Positions 46,494 to 55,446 of a stretch of DNA of 64,000 bases are shown in pieces. Source of the stretch: Candidatus Krumholzibacteriia bacterium (GTDB lineage: Bacteria > Krumholzibacteriota > Krumholzibacteriia > JAJRXK01). The number at the start of each line of letters is the position of its first letter. Position 1 is the stretch's first letter. The notes beneath the pieces are model-generated. The model did not search any database and was not told where the DNA came from. It saw only the letters and a list, made by a program, of their open reading frames with translations. The stretch is from positions 448,001 to 512,000 of the forward strand of contig JBGPIA010000002.1 in the NCBI GenBank assembly GCA_041484665.1, given 5' to 3'. The position numbers and the translations under genes are program-made.

Positions 46494-49172
46494 ATGGTCT
46501 ACGACCAGTTCAAGCAGCAGCTCCCCGACGTCGATCCGCAGGAGACCGCCGAGTGGATCGAGGCCCTCGACTCCGTGGTGGAGACCGAGGGCACCGGGCG
46601 CGCGCAGTTCCTCTTGTACAAGGTCCTCAAGCGCGCGCGCATGCTGCACGTGGGATTGCCGCAGACGGTCACCACGCGCTACATCAATACGATCAGCCCG
46701 GAGCAGGAGCCGCCGTTCCCCGGCGACGAGGGGCTGGAGCGGCGGATCCGCCGCCTGATCCGTTGGAACGCCGCCGTGATGGTCACCCGCGCCAACACGC
46801 GCTACCCCGGCCTGGGCGGCCACCTATCGTCGTACGCCTCCGCCGCGAGCCTGTACGAGGTGGGCTTCAACCACTTCTTCCGGGGCAAGGACGGCGACCA
46901 GGTCGGCGACCAGATCTACTACCAGGGGCACGCGGCTCCAGGGATCTACGCGCGCGCCTACCTGGAGGGCCGCCTGACCGAGGAGCGACTCGACCACTTC
47001 CGGCGCGAGGCGGAAGGATGTGGTCTCCCAAGCTACCCGCACCCGCGCCTCATGCCCGATTTCTGGGAGTTCCCCACGGTCTCCATGGGCCTGGGCCCCA
47101 TCAACGCCATCTACCAGGCGCGCTTCAATCGCTACCTGCAGGCGCGTGGGATCGCCGACACCACCGGCTCCCGCGTGTGGGCGTTCCTGGGCGACGGCGA
47201 GAGCGACGAGCCCGAGGCGCTGGGCGCCCTCACGCTGGCCACGCGCGAGGGGCTATCGAACCTCATCTTCGTCGTGAACTGCAACTTGCAGCGCCTCGAC
47301 GGCCCGGTGCGCGGCAACGGCAAGATCATCCAGGAACTGGAGTCCGTCTTCCGGGGCGCCGGCTGGAACGTCATCAAGGTGATCTGGGGCAGCGCGTGGG
47401 ACCCATTGCTCGCCCGCGACGTGGACGGGATCCTGGTCCAGCACATGAACGACACCGTCGACGGCAACTTCCAGCGCTACCAGACCGAGAGCGGCGCGAA
47501 GATCCGCGCGGAGTTCTTCGGGCCCGACCCGCGCCTGCAGGCGCTGGCCGCCGACCTGACCGACGAGCAGATCGAGCGCCTGCGCCTGGGCGGGCACGAT
47601 TACCGCAAGCTCTACGCCGCCTACAAGGCCGCCACCGAGACGCAGGGCGTGCCGACCGTGATCCTGGCCAAGACCGTAAAGGGCTGGACGCTGGGTGAGG
47701 GGTTCGAGGGCAAGAACATGGCCCATCAGATGAAGAAGCTCAGCGAGCAGGAGCTGCGCACCTTCCGCGACCGCCTCGAGCTGCCGATCGCGGATGCCAA
47801 GTTGAAGGAGGCGCCCTACTACCACCCGGGGCCGCGCAGCGAGGAGGTCCAGTACCTGCTCGAGCGGCGGCGCGCCCTGGGAGGCTGCCTGCCCAAGCGC
47901 GTGGTGGTCCCGGCCGCGGTGGCGGTTCCGCCCGATGACCTCTACGCGGAATTCCGCAAGGGCACGGCCGGGTCGGTGCCGGTGTCGACCACCATGGGGT
48001 TCGTGCGACTGCTGCGCAAACTGCTCAAATATCCGCAGTTCGGCCCGCGCGTCGTGCCGATCATCCCCGACGAGGCGCGCACCTTTGGCATGGAGTCACT
48101 GTTCCGGGAGTTCCGGATCTACGCCGCGCAGGGCCAGAAGTACACGCCGGTGGACGCGGGAGTGCTGCTGAGCTACTCCGAGGCGCAGGACGGCCAGATC
48201 CTCGAGGAAGGGATCACCGAGGCCGGCTCGATGGCCTCGGTGACCGCGGCCGGAACGACCTACTCGACGCACCGCCAGCCCATGGTGCCGTTCTTCATTT
48301 TCTACTCCATGTTCGGGTTCCAGCGCGTGGGCGACCTGATCTGGGCGTTCGCCGACGCGCGCGGGCGCGGCTTCCTCCTGGGAGCCACGGCCGGGCGCAC
48401 CACGCTCTCCGGAGAAGGCCTGCAGCACCAGGACGGGCACAGCCTGCTGCTCGCCTCCACCGTGCCGTCGTGCCTGGCGTACGATCCGGCCTTCGCCTAC
48501 GAGACGGCAACTATCGTGCAGGACGGGCTGCGGCGCATGATCGAAGGCGGCGAGGACGTCTTCTACTACCTGACGCTCTACAACGAGAACTACGAGCAGC
48601 CCGCCATGCCGGAGGGGGTGCAGGAGGGGATCGTCAAGGGACTGTACCGTTACCGGCACTCACCCCACGCGTCGCGCCGGCGGGCACACCTGCTGGCCAG
48701 CGGCCCCATGGTGCTCGAGGCGCTGCGCGCCCAGGAGATGCTGGCGCGCGACTACGACGTCTCGGCGGACGTGTGGAGCGTTACGAGCTACGTGCAGCTG
48801 CGCCGCGAGGCTCTGGAGTGCGAGCGGCACAACCGTCTCGACCCCGCGGCGATCGCGCAGGTGCCCTACGTCACACGGTGCGTGCGCGAGGACGGCGCGG
48901 TTTACGTTGCGTCCAGCGATTTCGTGAAGACCGTCCCCGATCTGATCGCGCGCTGGGTGCCGGGCGACTACACGGTGCTGGGCACCGACGGGTTCGGGCG
49001 CAGCGATACCCGCGAGGCGCTGCGCCGTCTGTTCGAGATCGACGCCGCACACATCGTCGTGGCAACGCTCGCGGCACTGGCACGGCAGTCCCGCCTGGAT
49101 GTGAAGGTCGCCCGCGACGCCGCGCGCAAGCTGCTGCGCGGCGAGCAGCCCAACGACGCCGTGGCGGTCTGA
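46494..49172 (+). CDS. aceE: Pyruvate dehydrogenase E1, homodimeric type
   Basis: DVDPQETAEW, IRWNA, GGHLSSYASAA, SYPHP, FPTVSMGLG, GDGESDEPE, NCNLQRLDGPV, DEARTFGME, LGTDGFGRSD. Confidence 0.97.
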   Translation: MVYDQFKQQLPDVDPQETAEWIEALDSVVETEGTGRAQFLLYKVLKRARMLHVGLPQTVTTRYINTISPEQEPPFPGDEGLERRIRRLIRWNAAVMVTRANTRYPGLGGHLSSYASAASLYEVGFNHFFRGKDGDQVGDQIYYQGHAAPGIYARAYLEGRLTEERLDHFRREAEGCGLPSYPHPRLMPDFWEFPTVSMGLGPINAIYQARFNRYLQARGIADTTGSRVWAFLGDGESDEPEALGALTLATREGLSNLIFVVNCNLQRLDGPVRGNGKIIQELESVFRGAGWNVIKVIWGSAWDPLLARDVDGILVQHMNDTVDGNFQRYQTESGAKIRAEFFGPDPRLQALAADLTDEQIERLRLGGHDYRKLYAAYKAATETQGVPTVILAKTVKGWTLGEGFEGKNMAHQMKKLSEQELRTFRDRLELPIADAKLKEAPYYHPGPRSEEVQYLLERRRALGGCLPKRVVVPAAVAVPPDDLYAEFRKGTAGSVPVSTTMGFVRLLRKLLKYPQFGPRVVPIIPDEARTFGMESLFREFRIYAAQGQKYTPVDAGVLLSYSEAQDGQILEEGITEAGSMASVTAAGTTYSTHRQPMVPFFIFYSMFGFQRVGDLIWAFADARGRGFLLGATAGRTTLSGEGLQHQDGHSLLLASTVPSCLAYDPAFAYETATIVQDGLRRMIEGGEDVFYYLTLYNENYEQPAMPEGVQEGIVKGLYRYRHSPHASRRRAHLLASGPMVLEALRAQEMLARDYDVSADVWSVTSYVQLRREALECERHNRLDPAAIAQVPYVTRCVREDGAVYVASSDFVKTVPDLIARWVPGDYTVLGTDGFGRSDTREALRRLFEIDAAHIVVATLAALARQSRLDVKVARDAARKLLRGEQPNDAVAV

Positions 49173-49188
49173 GAACGGCGGGGAGCCG

Positions 49189-50115
49189 TCAGCGGCCGCC
49201 GCAGGGGGTCCGGCCCTGGGCGCGGGCCGCTTCCCAGCGCTCGCGCATGGTCCGCCCCATCGCGAGGAACGAGCGCGGGGCGGGAAAGGCGAACGCATCG
49301 CCGGTCAGGTCGAAGACCCCCGATCGCCCCTGATGCCCGGGGTTGTAGCCGAAGGCCACGCCGAATCGATGCCCACCCTGGCGCAGCAGCAGCACGCCGC
49401 TGACGTCCACGTCGTCGGCCTTGTCCCCCATCAGCCAATCGAACAGGGCGTCCACGTCCGCCCGGAGCGACCCGTCCACCAGCCCGAACAGGTGCACGTC
49501 CTGCGCAGTGACGTCCACGAGCCCGGCGCCGCCGGGCACGCGGAACGTCACGTCTCCCAGCGCGCACTCCCGCAGCACGACCACGCTCGACGCGCGCAAG
49601 CTGCCCGGATGGTAGCCGAGGATGGAGTACGGCACCCCGAGCTCGACTGGGCGCCCGAAATCGATGCGGATCGTGGATCCCGCCTCGCCGGCCACTGGCT
49701 CGCGCTCGAGGGAGCGGATGCGCCGGTAGGGCAGGCGTGACCCTCCGTGTGCGCTGGCGATGGAGTCGAGCACGGTTCGTTCGATGCGGCCGAAGGCGCC
49801 GGCGTCGAGCAGGCCGGCCAGCAGCGCGAAGACAGGGTCCTTCACGTCGCGCGCGAGGGTAGGTGTGACGGCGACCGCTTGTCCGTCGGCATCGAGACGC
49901 CAGAAGACGGCGGACGCCCGCGACGCGGGCGCGGCCGTATCCGCGGCGGTCGGCTGACCAGAAACGCGGAGCGCGCTCCCTGGCGCCGGCACCTCCGCCA
50001 ACGCCAGTCCTCCACTCGCCAGGCCGAGGTCAATGCTGAAGGCCGCGCCAAGGGCCGCGGCCAACGCCATCCAGGCAGCCGCGTCCGTGGCACGGGGCGG
50101 CAATGCCCGGATCAA
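49189..50115 (-). CDS. Hypothetical exported protein, translationally coupled to rho
   Basis: TTG overlaps the rho TGA (alternative ATG near 50070). Hydrophobic signal-like segment, then globular sequence (VPYSILGYHPG, GRSGVFD). No family recognised. Confidence 0.6.
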   Translation of the reverse strand: MIRALPPRATDAAAWMALAAALGAAFSIDLGLASGGLALAEVPAPGSALRVSGQPTAADTAAPASRASAVFWRLDADGQAVAVTPTLARDVKDPVFALLAGLLDAGAFGRIERTVLDSIASAHGGSRLPYRRIRSLEREPVAGEAGSTIRIDFGRPVELGVPYSILGYHPGSLRASSVVVLRECALGDVTFRVPGGAGLVDVTAQDVHLFGLVDGSLRADVDALFDWLMGDKADDVDVSGVLLLRQGGHRFGVAFGYNPGHQGRSGVFDLTGDAFAFPAPRSFLAMGRTMRERWEAARAQGRTPCGGR

Positions 50116-51404
50116 GCAGGCAGCGCCGACAGCAGCTCGTCGTTGGTGGGGTACTTCGCCATCATCTTGAGCAGGCCTTCCATCGCGCGGTCGGGGGACA
50201 TGCTGGCCAGAACCCGGCGCATCTTGTGGATCTGCTCCACCTGGTGCGGCGCGAAGAGCTTCTCCTCCTTGCGCGTCCCGGTCTTGCCGATGTCCACGGC
50301 GGGGAAGATCCGCTTCTCGAACAGTTGGCGCGACAGCACGATCTCGGTGTTCCCGGTGCCTTTGAACTCCTGGAAGATCACCTCGTCCATGCGCGATCCC
50401 GTGTCGATGAGGGCCGTGCCCAGGATGGTGAGACTGCCGCCCTCCTCGAGCTTGCGCGCAGCCCCGAACAGCCGGCGCGGCATCTGCATCGTGTTGGCGT
50501 CGAGCCCGCCCGAGAGCGTGCGGCCCGAGTCGCCCTGCACCGTGTTGTAGGCGCGGGCGAGCCGGGTGATGGAGTCCAGCAACATCACCACGTCCTTCCC
50601 CTGACCGACGGGCGTGACGATCCGCTCCAGCGCGTTCTCGGTGGTGGCCACGTGCTGCTGCGCGGTCTGGTCGCTCGAGGCCGCGATGACCTCGGCATGG
50701 CTGGAGCGCCGGAAGTGCGTCACCTCCTCGGGCCGCTCGTTCACCAGGAGCGCGAACACCAGCACGTCGGGGTGGTTCTCGGCGAGCGACTTGCAGATCT
50801 CCAGCAGCAGCGTCGTCTTGCCCGCCTTGGGAGGCGCCACGATCAGGCAGCGCTGGCCGCGCCCGAGCGGCGCGAGCAGATCGATCACGCGCGTGGTGAA
50901 GTTCCCGTCCTTGCGCTCGAGGGTCCACCGCTCGTGGGGATCGATGCTGGTGCCGCGCTGTAGCTCCTCGAACAGGCGCCGCAGCGCCTCCTCGCGCGGA
51001 CGCCCGTAGCCGCGCGCGGCGCCTTGTTGCCTGGGTCGGCCGCCGTTGGCGCGCTGCCCCGGCCGCCCGCCACCGGGGCGTCCGCCCGAGCCCGGCTGGC
51101 CCGGTCCGCGGCGCGTCAGCGGACGGCCGGCGGGACGCTGTCCCTGTTTGTGGGGATGGCCAGGGTTGAACGGGCGCGACCGTTGGTCGCCCTGCCCGCC
51201 CGGAGGACCGGCGGAGTTGGGATTGTTGGGAGGTCCCGGCTGCTGGTTGTCGGGCCGACGCTCCGTCCCGGGGCGATCGGTCCCTTGAGGATGTGAGTTG
51301 GCGGGGCCGCCGCTGGTGTTGCCGCGGCCGCCCTGGGCCAGTGCGTGCGCGCTCGACGTCCTACGGCGCCGACGTCGTCCGCGTTCGGTTTTCTCGGTCG
51401 TCAT
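50112..51404 (-). CDS. rho: Atypical transcription termination factor Rho (ATPase core plus low-complexity N-terminus)
   Basis: IDLLAPLGRGQRCLIVAPPKAGKT, NERPEEVT, LLDSITRLARAYN, SGRTLSGG, EFKGTGN, RIFPAVDI..TGTRKEE. Start MTTEKTE (51404). Confidence 0.9.
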   Translation of the reverse strand: MTTEKTERGRRRRRRTSSAHALAQGGRGNTSGGPANSHPQGTDRPGTERRPDNQQPGPPNNPNSAGPPGGQGDQRSRPFNPGHPHKQGQRPAGRPLTRRGPGQPGSGGRPGGGRPGQRANGGRPRQQGAARGYGRPREEALRRLFEELQRGTSIDPHERWTLERKDGNFTTRVIDLLAPLGRGQRCLIVAPPKAGKTTLLLEICKSLAENHPDVLVFALLVNERPEEVTHFRRSSHAEVIAASSDQTAQQHVATTENALERIVTPVGQGKDVVMLLDSITRLARAYNTVQGDSGRTLSGGLDANTMQMPRRLFGAARKLEEGGSLTILGTALIDTGSRMDEVIFQEFKGTGNTEIVLSRQLFEKRIFPAVDIGKTGTRKEEKLFAPHQVEQIHKMRRVLASMSPDRAMEGLLKMMAKYPTNDELLSALPA

Positions 51405-51859
51405 GGATCCCCATTGGCAGGGTGGAACCGTACTCGGAGCCGGATCGTCCCGCAGTTCGCCGCCGGACGTTGGCACCAGCGTGGGTCTGGCAAGGAAGCA
51501 TCGGGAGCCCTGCGCCGGGGCCACTCCCCCGTCGCCGGCGGCCTCTGTCCTGTGGGCCTGCACACTCCCGAGGAGCTGCCTCCGCTCCGCGCCCTCTGCG
51601 CCCGCAGCGCAGGATTTCGATACTGAGTATAGCGCGGAATTCGCGAGACACGGTCGAATCGGAGAGGCCGCGGCCTGCAGCCAGGGCCTCTCGCACACCA
51701 GTACGTCTACTCCAAGACGTGCCCGGGTGCAATCACTTCGTTGCGCACGGGAAGCCGATTTCCTTGCCTGCGGCCCAGGCGTGGGGCGCGCCGACTCACT
51801 GTTGCGTTCGGCGGCGATCTGCCCGATGTTCCCCCCTCGTCCTTCCCCGCGGTGGAGCA

Positions 51860-53248
51860 ATGACCCAACCGACCGACCCGCCGTCGCCAGAGCAGAAGCC
51901 CGGATTCATGCAGATGCTGCAGGGGCTCTGGCGCACCTCCCGCGGCTATTTGCTGGTGAACTGGGTCAACTTCGGCGACGGCATCGCCTACTTCGGCTTC
52001 CTGGCACTCATGACGCTGTTCTTGCGCGTCAACGCCGGGTTCTCCACGCAGATCTCCAGCATCGCGGTGAGCTTCTTCACGGGCGGCGTCACGATCTTCA
52101 TGGCGCTGGGCGGGGGAACCGTCTCTGACCGGTTGGGCGCACGCCGGGCGTTGTCCGTCTCGCTGGCGGTCGTGCTGGTCGGACGCGTCCTATTCACCCT
52201 CAGCCCACAGGCCGGCGGTCACGGGATGGTCGCGGCGCTGGCCGCGTTCGCGATCTTGGTGATGGCCTTCGGCGAGGGCGTGATCCAGCCGGCGCTGTAT
52301 GCCGGTGTGAAGGAGTACACCGCCCCGGGCACGGCCACGATGGGGTACGCCTTCCTGTACTCGATCATGAATCTGGGCATCGTGGCCGGTGAGCTGCTCT
52401 CTCCCCTGGTGCGCGAGTTCTGGGCGCGGCACTTCGAGGGGCTGGACGTGCAGCAGCATCCTTCGGCGGGAATCGCCGGGTCGTTCTGGCTGTTCACCGC
52501 TTTCACCGGCGTGCTGCTGCTGAGCAACGTCCTGCTGTTCACGCGCAAAGTCGAGCGGCGCGACCGCGTGGTCGTGCCGCAGCCCGAGTCCAAGGCCGCG
52601 GGCGGCTGGGCGCAGCGCCTTCGCTCGTTGCCGATCCTCGACGGACGGTTCCTGTTCTTCATCTTCGTGCTGCTGCCGGTCCGGACGCTGTTCGCGCACC
52701 AGTGGCTGACGCTTCCGGATTACGTGACGCGGGCGTTCCCGGCCGAGGTCGGCGCCCGCTGGGAGTGGATCAACGGGCTCAACCCGCTGGTGATCGTGAT
52801 CGGCGTGCCCGTGATCGCGGCCCTGACCCGCCGCCGGCACGTCATTGACATGATGATCGTGGGCACGCTCATCTCGGCGGTATCGAGCTTCCTGCTGGTG
52901 ACGGGCCCCAATCTGACCTTGCTGTTGATCTATGTAGTGGTCTTCTCGCTGGGCGAGGCGGCGTGGTCTTCGCGCTTCCTGGAGTACGTGGCCGATCTCG
53001 CGCCGGCCAACCGTGTGGGGATCTACATGGGGGTGGCGGGGATCCCATGGTTCTTGGCCAAGATGATCACCGGCCTGTACGCGGGCACGATGGTGGAGCA
53101 CTTCATCCCGCAGCAGGGGGTCCAGCACACGAGCGTGCTCTGGCTGATCCACGGCTCGATCGCCATGCTGAGCCCCGTGGGCCTGATCGTGGCGCGGCGC
53201 TGGTTGCTCAAGCGCGAGGCCGCCGGCCGCGCAGCGACCGCGGCCTAG
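51860..53248 (+). CDS. MFS transporter (POT/peptide-transporter-like)
   Basis: GGTVSDRLGARR, YSIMNLG, NGLNPLVIVI, SLGEAAWS, YMG; about 12 TM. SD GGAG before ATG 51860. Confidence 0.85.
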   Translation: MTQPTDPPSPEQKPGFMQMLQGLWRTSRGYLLVNWVNFGDGIAYFGFLALMTLFLRVNAGFSTQISSIAVSFFTGGVTIFMALGGGTVSDRLGARRALSVSLAVVLVGRVLFTLSPQAGGHGMVAALAAFAILVMAFGEGVIQPALYAGVKEYTAPGTATMGYAFLYSIMNLGIVAGELLSPLVREFWARHFEGLDVQQHPSAGIAGSFWLFTAFTGVLLLSNVLLFTRKVERRDRVVVPQPESKAAGGWAQRLRSLPILDGRFLFFIFVLLPVRTLFAHQWLTLPDYVTRAFPAEVGARWEWINGLNPLVIVIGVPVIAALTRRRHVIDMMIVGTLISAVSSFLLVTGPNLTLLLIYVVVFSLGEAAWSSRFLEYVADLAPANRVGIYMGVAGIPWFLAKMITGLYAGTMVEHFIPQQGVQHTSVLWLIHGSIAMLSPVGLIVARRWLLKREAAGRAATAA

Positions 53249-53988
53249 GCGCGCGCGGCGCCCTCAGCGCGGGGCACCGTCGCAGCAAGTCCGAGCTTCG
53301 CCCCAAGCGCGGCCAGGACCGTGACCTGCGCGGCAGGCAACGGCAGCGCGCCCGTGTTGATCACAAGATCGTAGTCCCCCAGGTCATCCAGATCGCGGTG
53401 GAGGATGTTGCGCACGAGGGCGGCCTGGCTCGCATCGGCGGCTTCGATCCAGCGCGCCGCAGCGCGGTCGTCGCAGCCGCGCTCCCGGGCGACGTGGTGG
53501 ATGCGCTGCGCAAGCGGGGCGATCACGCGCACGCGCAGCCCGAACTCCGGCGGCAGGATCAGATGCGCCCCGCGCCCCAGCAGCACGACGTCGCCGCGCG
53601 CGCCGGCGGCCGAGACGGTCGCGACCAGGTTCGTCAGGTACTGGCGGTGCCCCGGGTAGGTATGGTCGAGGGCGAGCTGGATCGCCTCGTGGAGGGCGTC
53701 GTGGGGCCCCTCCTCGAGGCGCCGCAGCGCCTTGGGCTCCACGCGCGCCCGCTCGGCCATCTTCTCCAGGAGCGTGCGGTCGTACAGCTCCCAACGCAGC
53801 TGTTGCGCAAGACCGTGCGCCAGCTCCGCCCCACCGGAGCCGTGCTGGCGCGACACGGTGAGATACGGGCCTGGCTGCTTGGCCAGCTGCGCGCTGCCCT
53901 GCGAGCGGCTGCGCTGCTCGGCGTGCCAGAGCGTGATCTGCCGCGCGACGATCTGCTGGATGTGGGGGATCTCGATGCGGATCGTCAT
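53245..53988 (-). CDS. Cytidylate kinase-like family protein
   Basis: LTVSRQHGSGG, LYDRTLL, VVLLGRGAHLIL, YDLVINT. SD GGAGG. Confidence 0.85.
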   Translation of the reverse strand: MTIRIEIPHIQQIVARQITLWHAEQRSRSQGSAQLAKQPGPYLTVSRQHGSGGAELAHGLAQQLRWELYDRTLLEKMAERARVEPKALRRLEEGPHDALHEAIQLALDHTYPGHRQYLTNLVATVSAAGARGDVVLLGRGAHLILPPEFGLRVRVIAPLAQRIHHVARERGCDDRAAARWIEAADASQAALVRNILHRDLDDLGDYDLVINTGALPLPAAQVTVLAALGAKLGLAATVPRAEGAARA

Positions 53989-54175
53989 GATGGATGCCTC
54001 CCGCAGGAACGAGTGGGCAGGCGCCACTATCAATCATATCCCAGGAGCGCGTACCCTCCAGGGCAATCTCGCCTGCGGGGGCGCGGTCCTGCGGACATGG
54101 GCCGCCCACTGTCTGCGGTGCGCGCGGCGCAGTCCCGCGTCGCGCACGTGCGCCGGGCAGACGAGCCGAGCCGGG

Positions 54176-54820
54176 ATGAACCAACCGCCGATGAAGGCGC
54201 TACAAACCGATGATCCGCAGGTTCGCCGTGCCGCGCGGGCGCACTTGCGCCGGGCGGACCCCGTGCTCGCCACGCTGATCGGTCCGCGCGACCTGTGCCC
54301 CGGCCGCCGCCGCGGCCGCTTGGCTGCGCTGGTGCGCTCGATCGTGGGCCAGCAGCTGGGGCTGAAGGCAGCCGCCACCATCCACGGGCGCCTGGTGGAG
54401 CGCCTGGCCGGCCAGCTTACGCCGCAGGCGTTGCTCGCCCTCGACGACGCCACCTTCCGCGCGGCGGGCATCTCCCGCCAGAAGACGGCCGCGCTCCGCG
54501 ACTTGGCACGCAGGGCCGACACGGGCGCCCTGCGGCTGGCGGGGCTGCACCGCCGCGACGACGCGGCGGTCGTGGAGCACCTCGTCCAGGTGCGCGGCAT
54601 CGGGCAGTGGACCGCCGAAATGTTCCTGATCTTCGTGCTGGCGCGCCCCGACGTGCTCAGCGTCGGCGATCTCGGGCTGCAGACCGCCGTCCAGCGGGCC
54701 TATGGCTTGCGCGCGCGGCCCAAGCCCGCAGCCTTGCAGGCGCTCGCCGAGCCTTGGCGCCCCTACCGCAGCGTCGCCTCGTGGTACCTGTGGGCGAGCC
54801 TGGGGGGATGGGGAGTGTGA
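54176..54820 (+). CDS. alkA: DNA-3-methyladenine glycosylase (HhH-GPD, AlkA-like)
   Basis: SIVGQQL, GISRQK, VRGIGQWTAEMFLIF.L.RPDV..GDLG, WRPYRSVASWYLW. Confidence 0.92.
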   Translation: MNQPPMKALQTDDPQVRRAARAHLRRADPVLATLIGPRDLCPGRRRGRLAALVRSIVGQQLGLKAAATIHGRLVERLAGQLTPQALLALDDATFRAAGISRQKTAALRDLARRADTGALRLAGLHRRDDAAVVEHLVQVRGIGQWTAEMFLIFVLARPDVLSVGDLGLQTAVQRAYGLRARPKPAALQALAEPWRPYRSVASWYLWASLGGWGV

Positions 54821-54859
54821 GCTGCGCCGGTCGGGGTGGAAACGCCTCGTGCGAGCCGC

Positions 54860-55216
54860 TCAGTTGAATGTGACCGTGTGCGTGTGCGCGCTCGTGGAGG
54901 TCGAGGTGACCGCCACCTGCGTCCCTCCGGCGATGTTCTGCACCTGCTGCGCGGTCAACGTGGCGCTGTGGGTGTGCCCGGCGGATCCGGACTGGAGCGT
55001 CAGGTTCACCTGGTTTCCGGCCACCAGCTCGGCTTGCGTCACGCAGTCGACGGGATGCGTGTGCCCGGCGGCGGGGGAGACGGTTCCGTTCTTCGCGCAA
55101 TCGGGCGGATTGGGCCCGGTCCCGCCCTTGTCCTCGCTGCACCCGCTCACTTTGATGCTCACCGCCGCCCAGGTGGCGACCAGTCCGGCGTTGGCCAGGA
55201 AGGTCCTTCGGTCCAT
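54860..55216 (-). CDS. Small Tat-exported lipoprotein with three HTH (His-Thr-His) motifs
   Basis: MDRRTFL twin-arginine motif, VSGC lipobox, then GHTHPV, GHTHSA, AHTHTV. Confidence 0.8.
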   Translation of the reverse strand: MDRRTFLANAGLVATWAAVSIKVSGCSEDKGGTGPNPPDCAKNGTVSPAAGHTHPVDCVTQAELVAGNQVNLTLQSGSAGHTHSATLTAQQVQNIAGGTQVAVTSTSTSAHTHTVTFN

Positions 55217-55368
55217 CGCATGCCTCGCACGGGGGAGAGGATCCTGGAGAAGGGAGCAACCGCGACCCCTACACTAGTATGCCAGGCGACCGTGGACGTA
55301 AAGGGCTGCCTGCGCCAAGACCGCGCCCTGCGCTCCGTCTTCCGGTGCTCCCGTCCGCGGCGGGTTCG

Positions 55369-55377
55369 TGCTACCCT
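55369..55377 (+). promoter_or_regulatory. Candidate extended -10 promoter for the M28 peptidase
   Basis: TGcTACCCT about 70 nt upstream of the ATG at 55447. Confidence 0.3.
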
Positions 55378-55446
55378 CTCTCCCGTCGCGGTCGCGGCGC
55401 TCGCCGCGCGACCGCTTGCGCAACGCTCTCTCGCCCAGGATCCGTC

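Noticed and set aside
51405..51860. Upstream extension of the rho ORF as a possible hidden RNA-binding domain
   Set aside because: No RNP1/RNP2-like or Rho_N-like sequence. It spans the divergent promoter region up to the MFS start.
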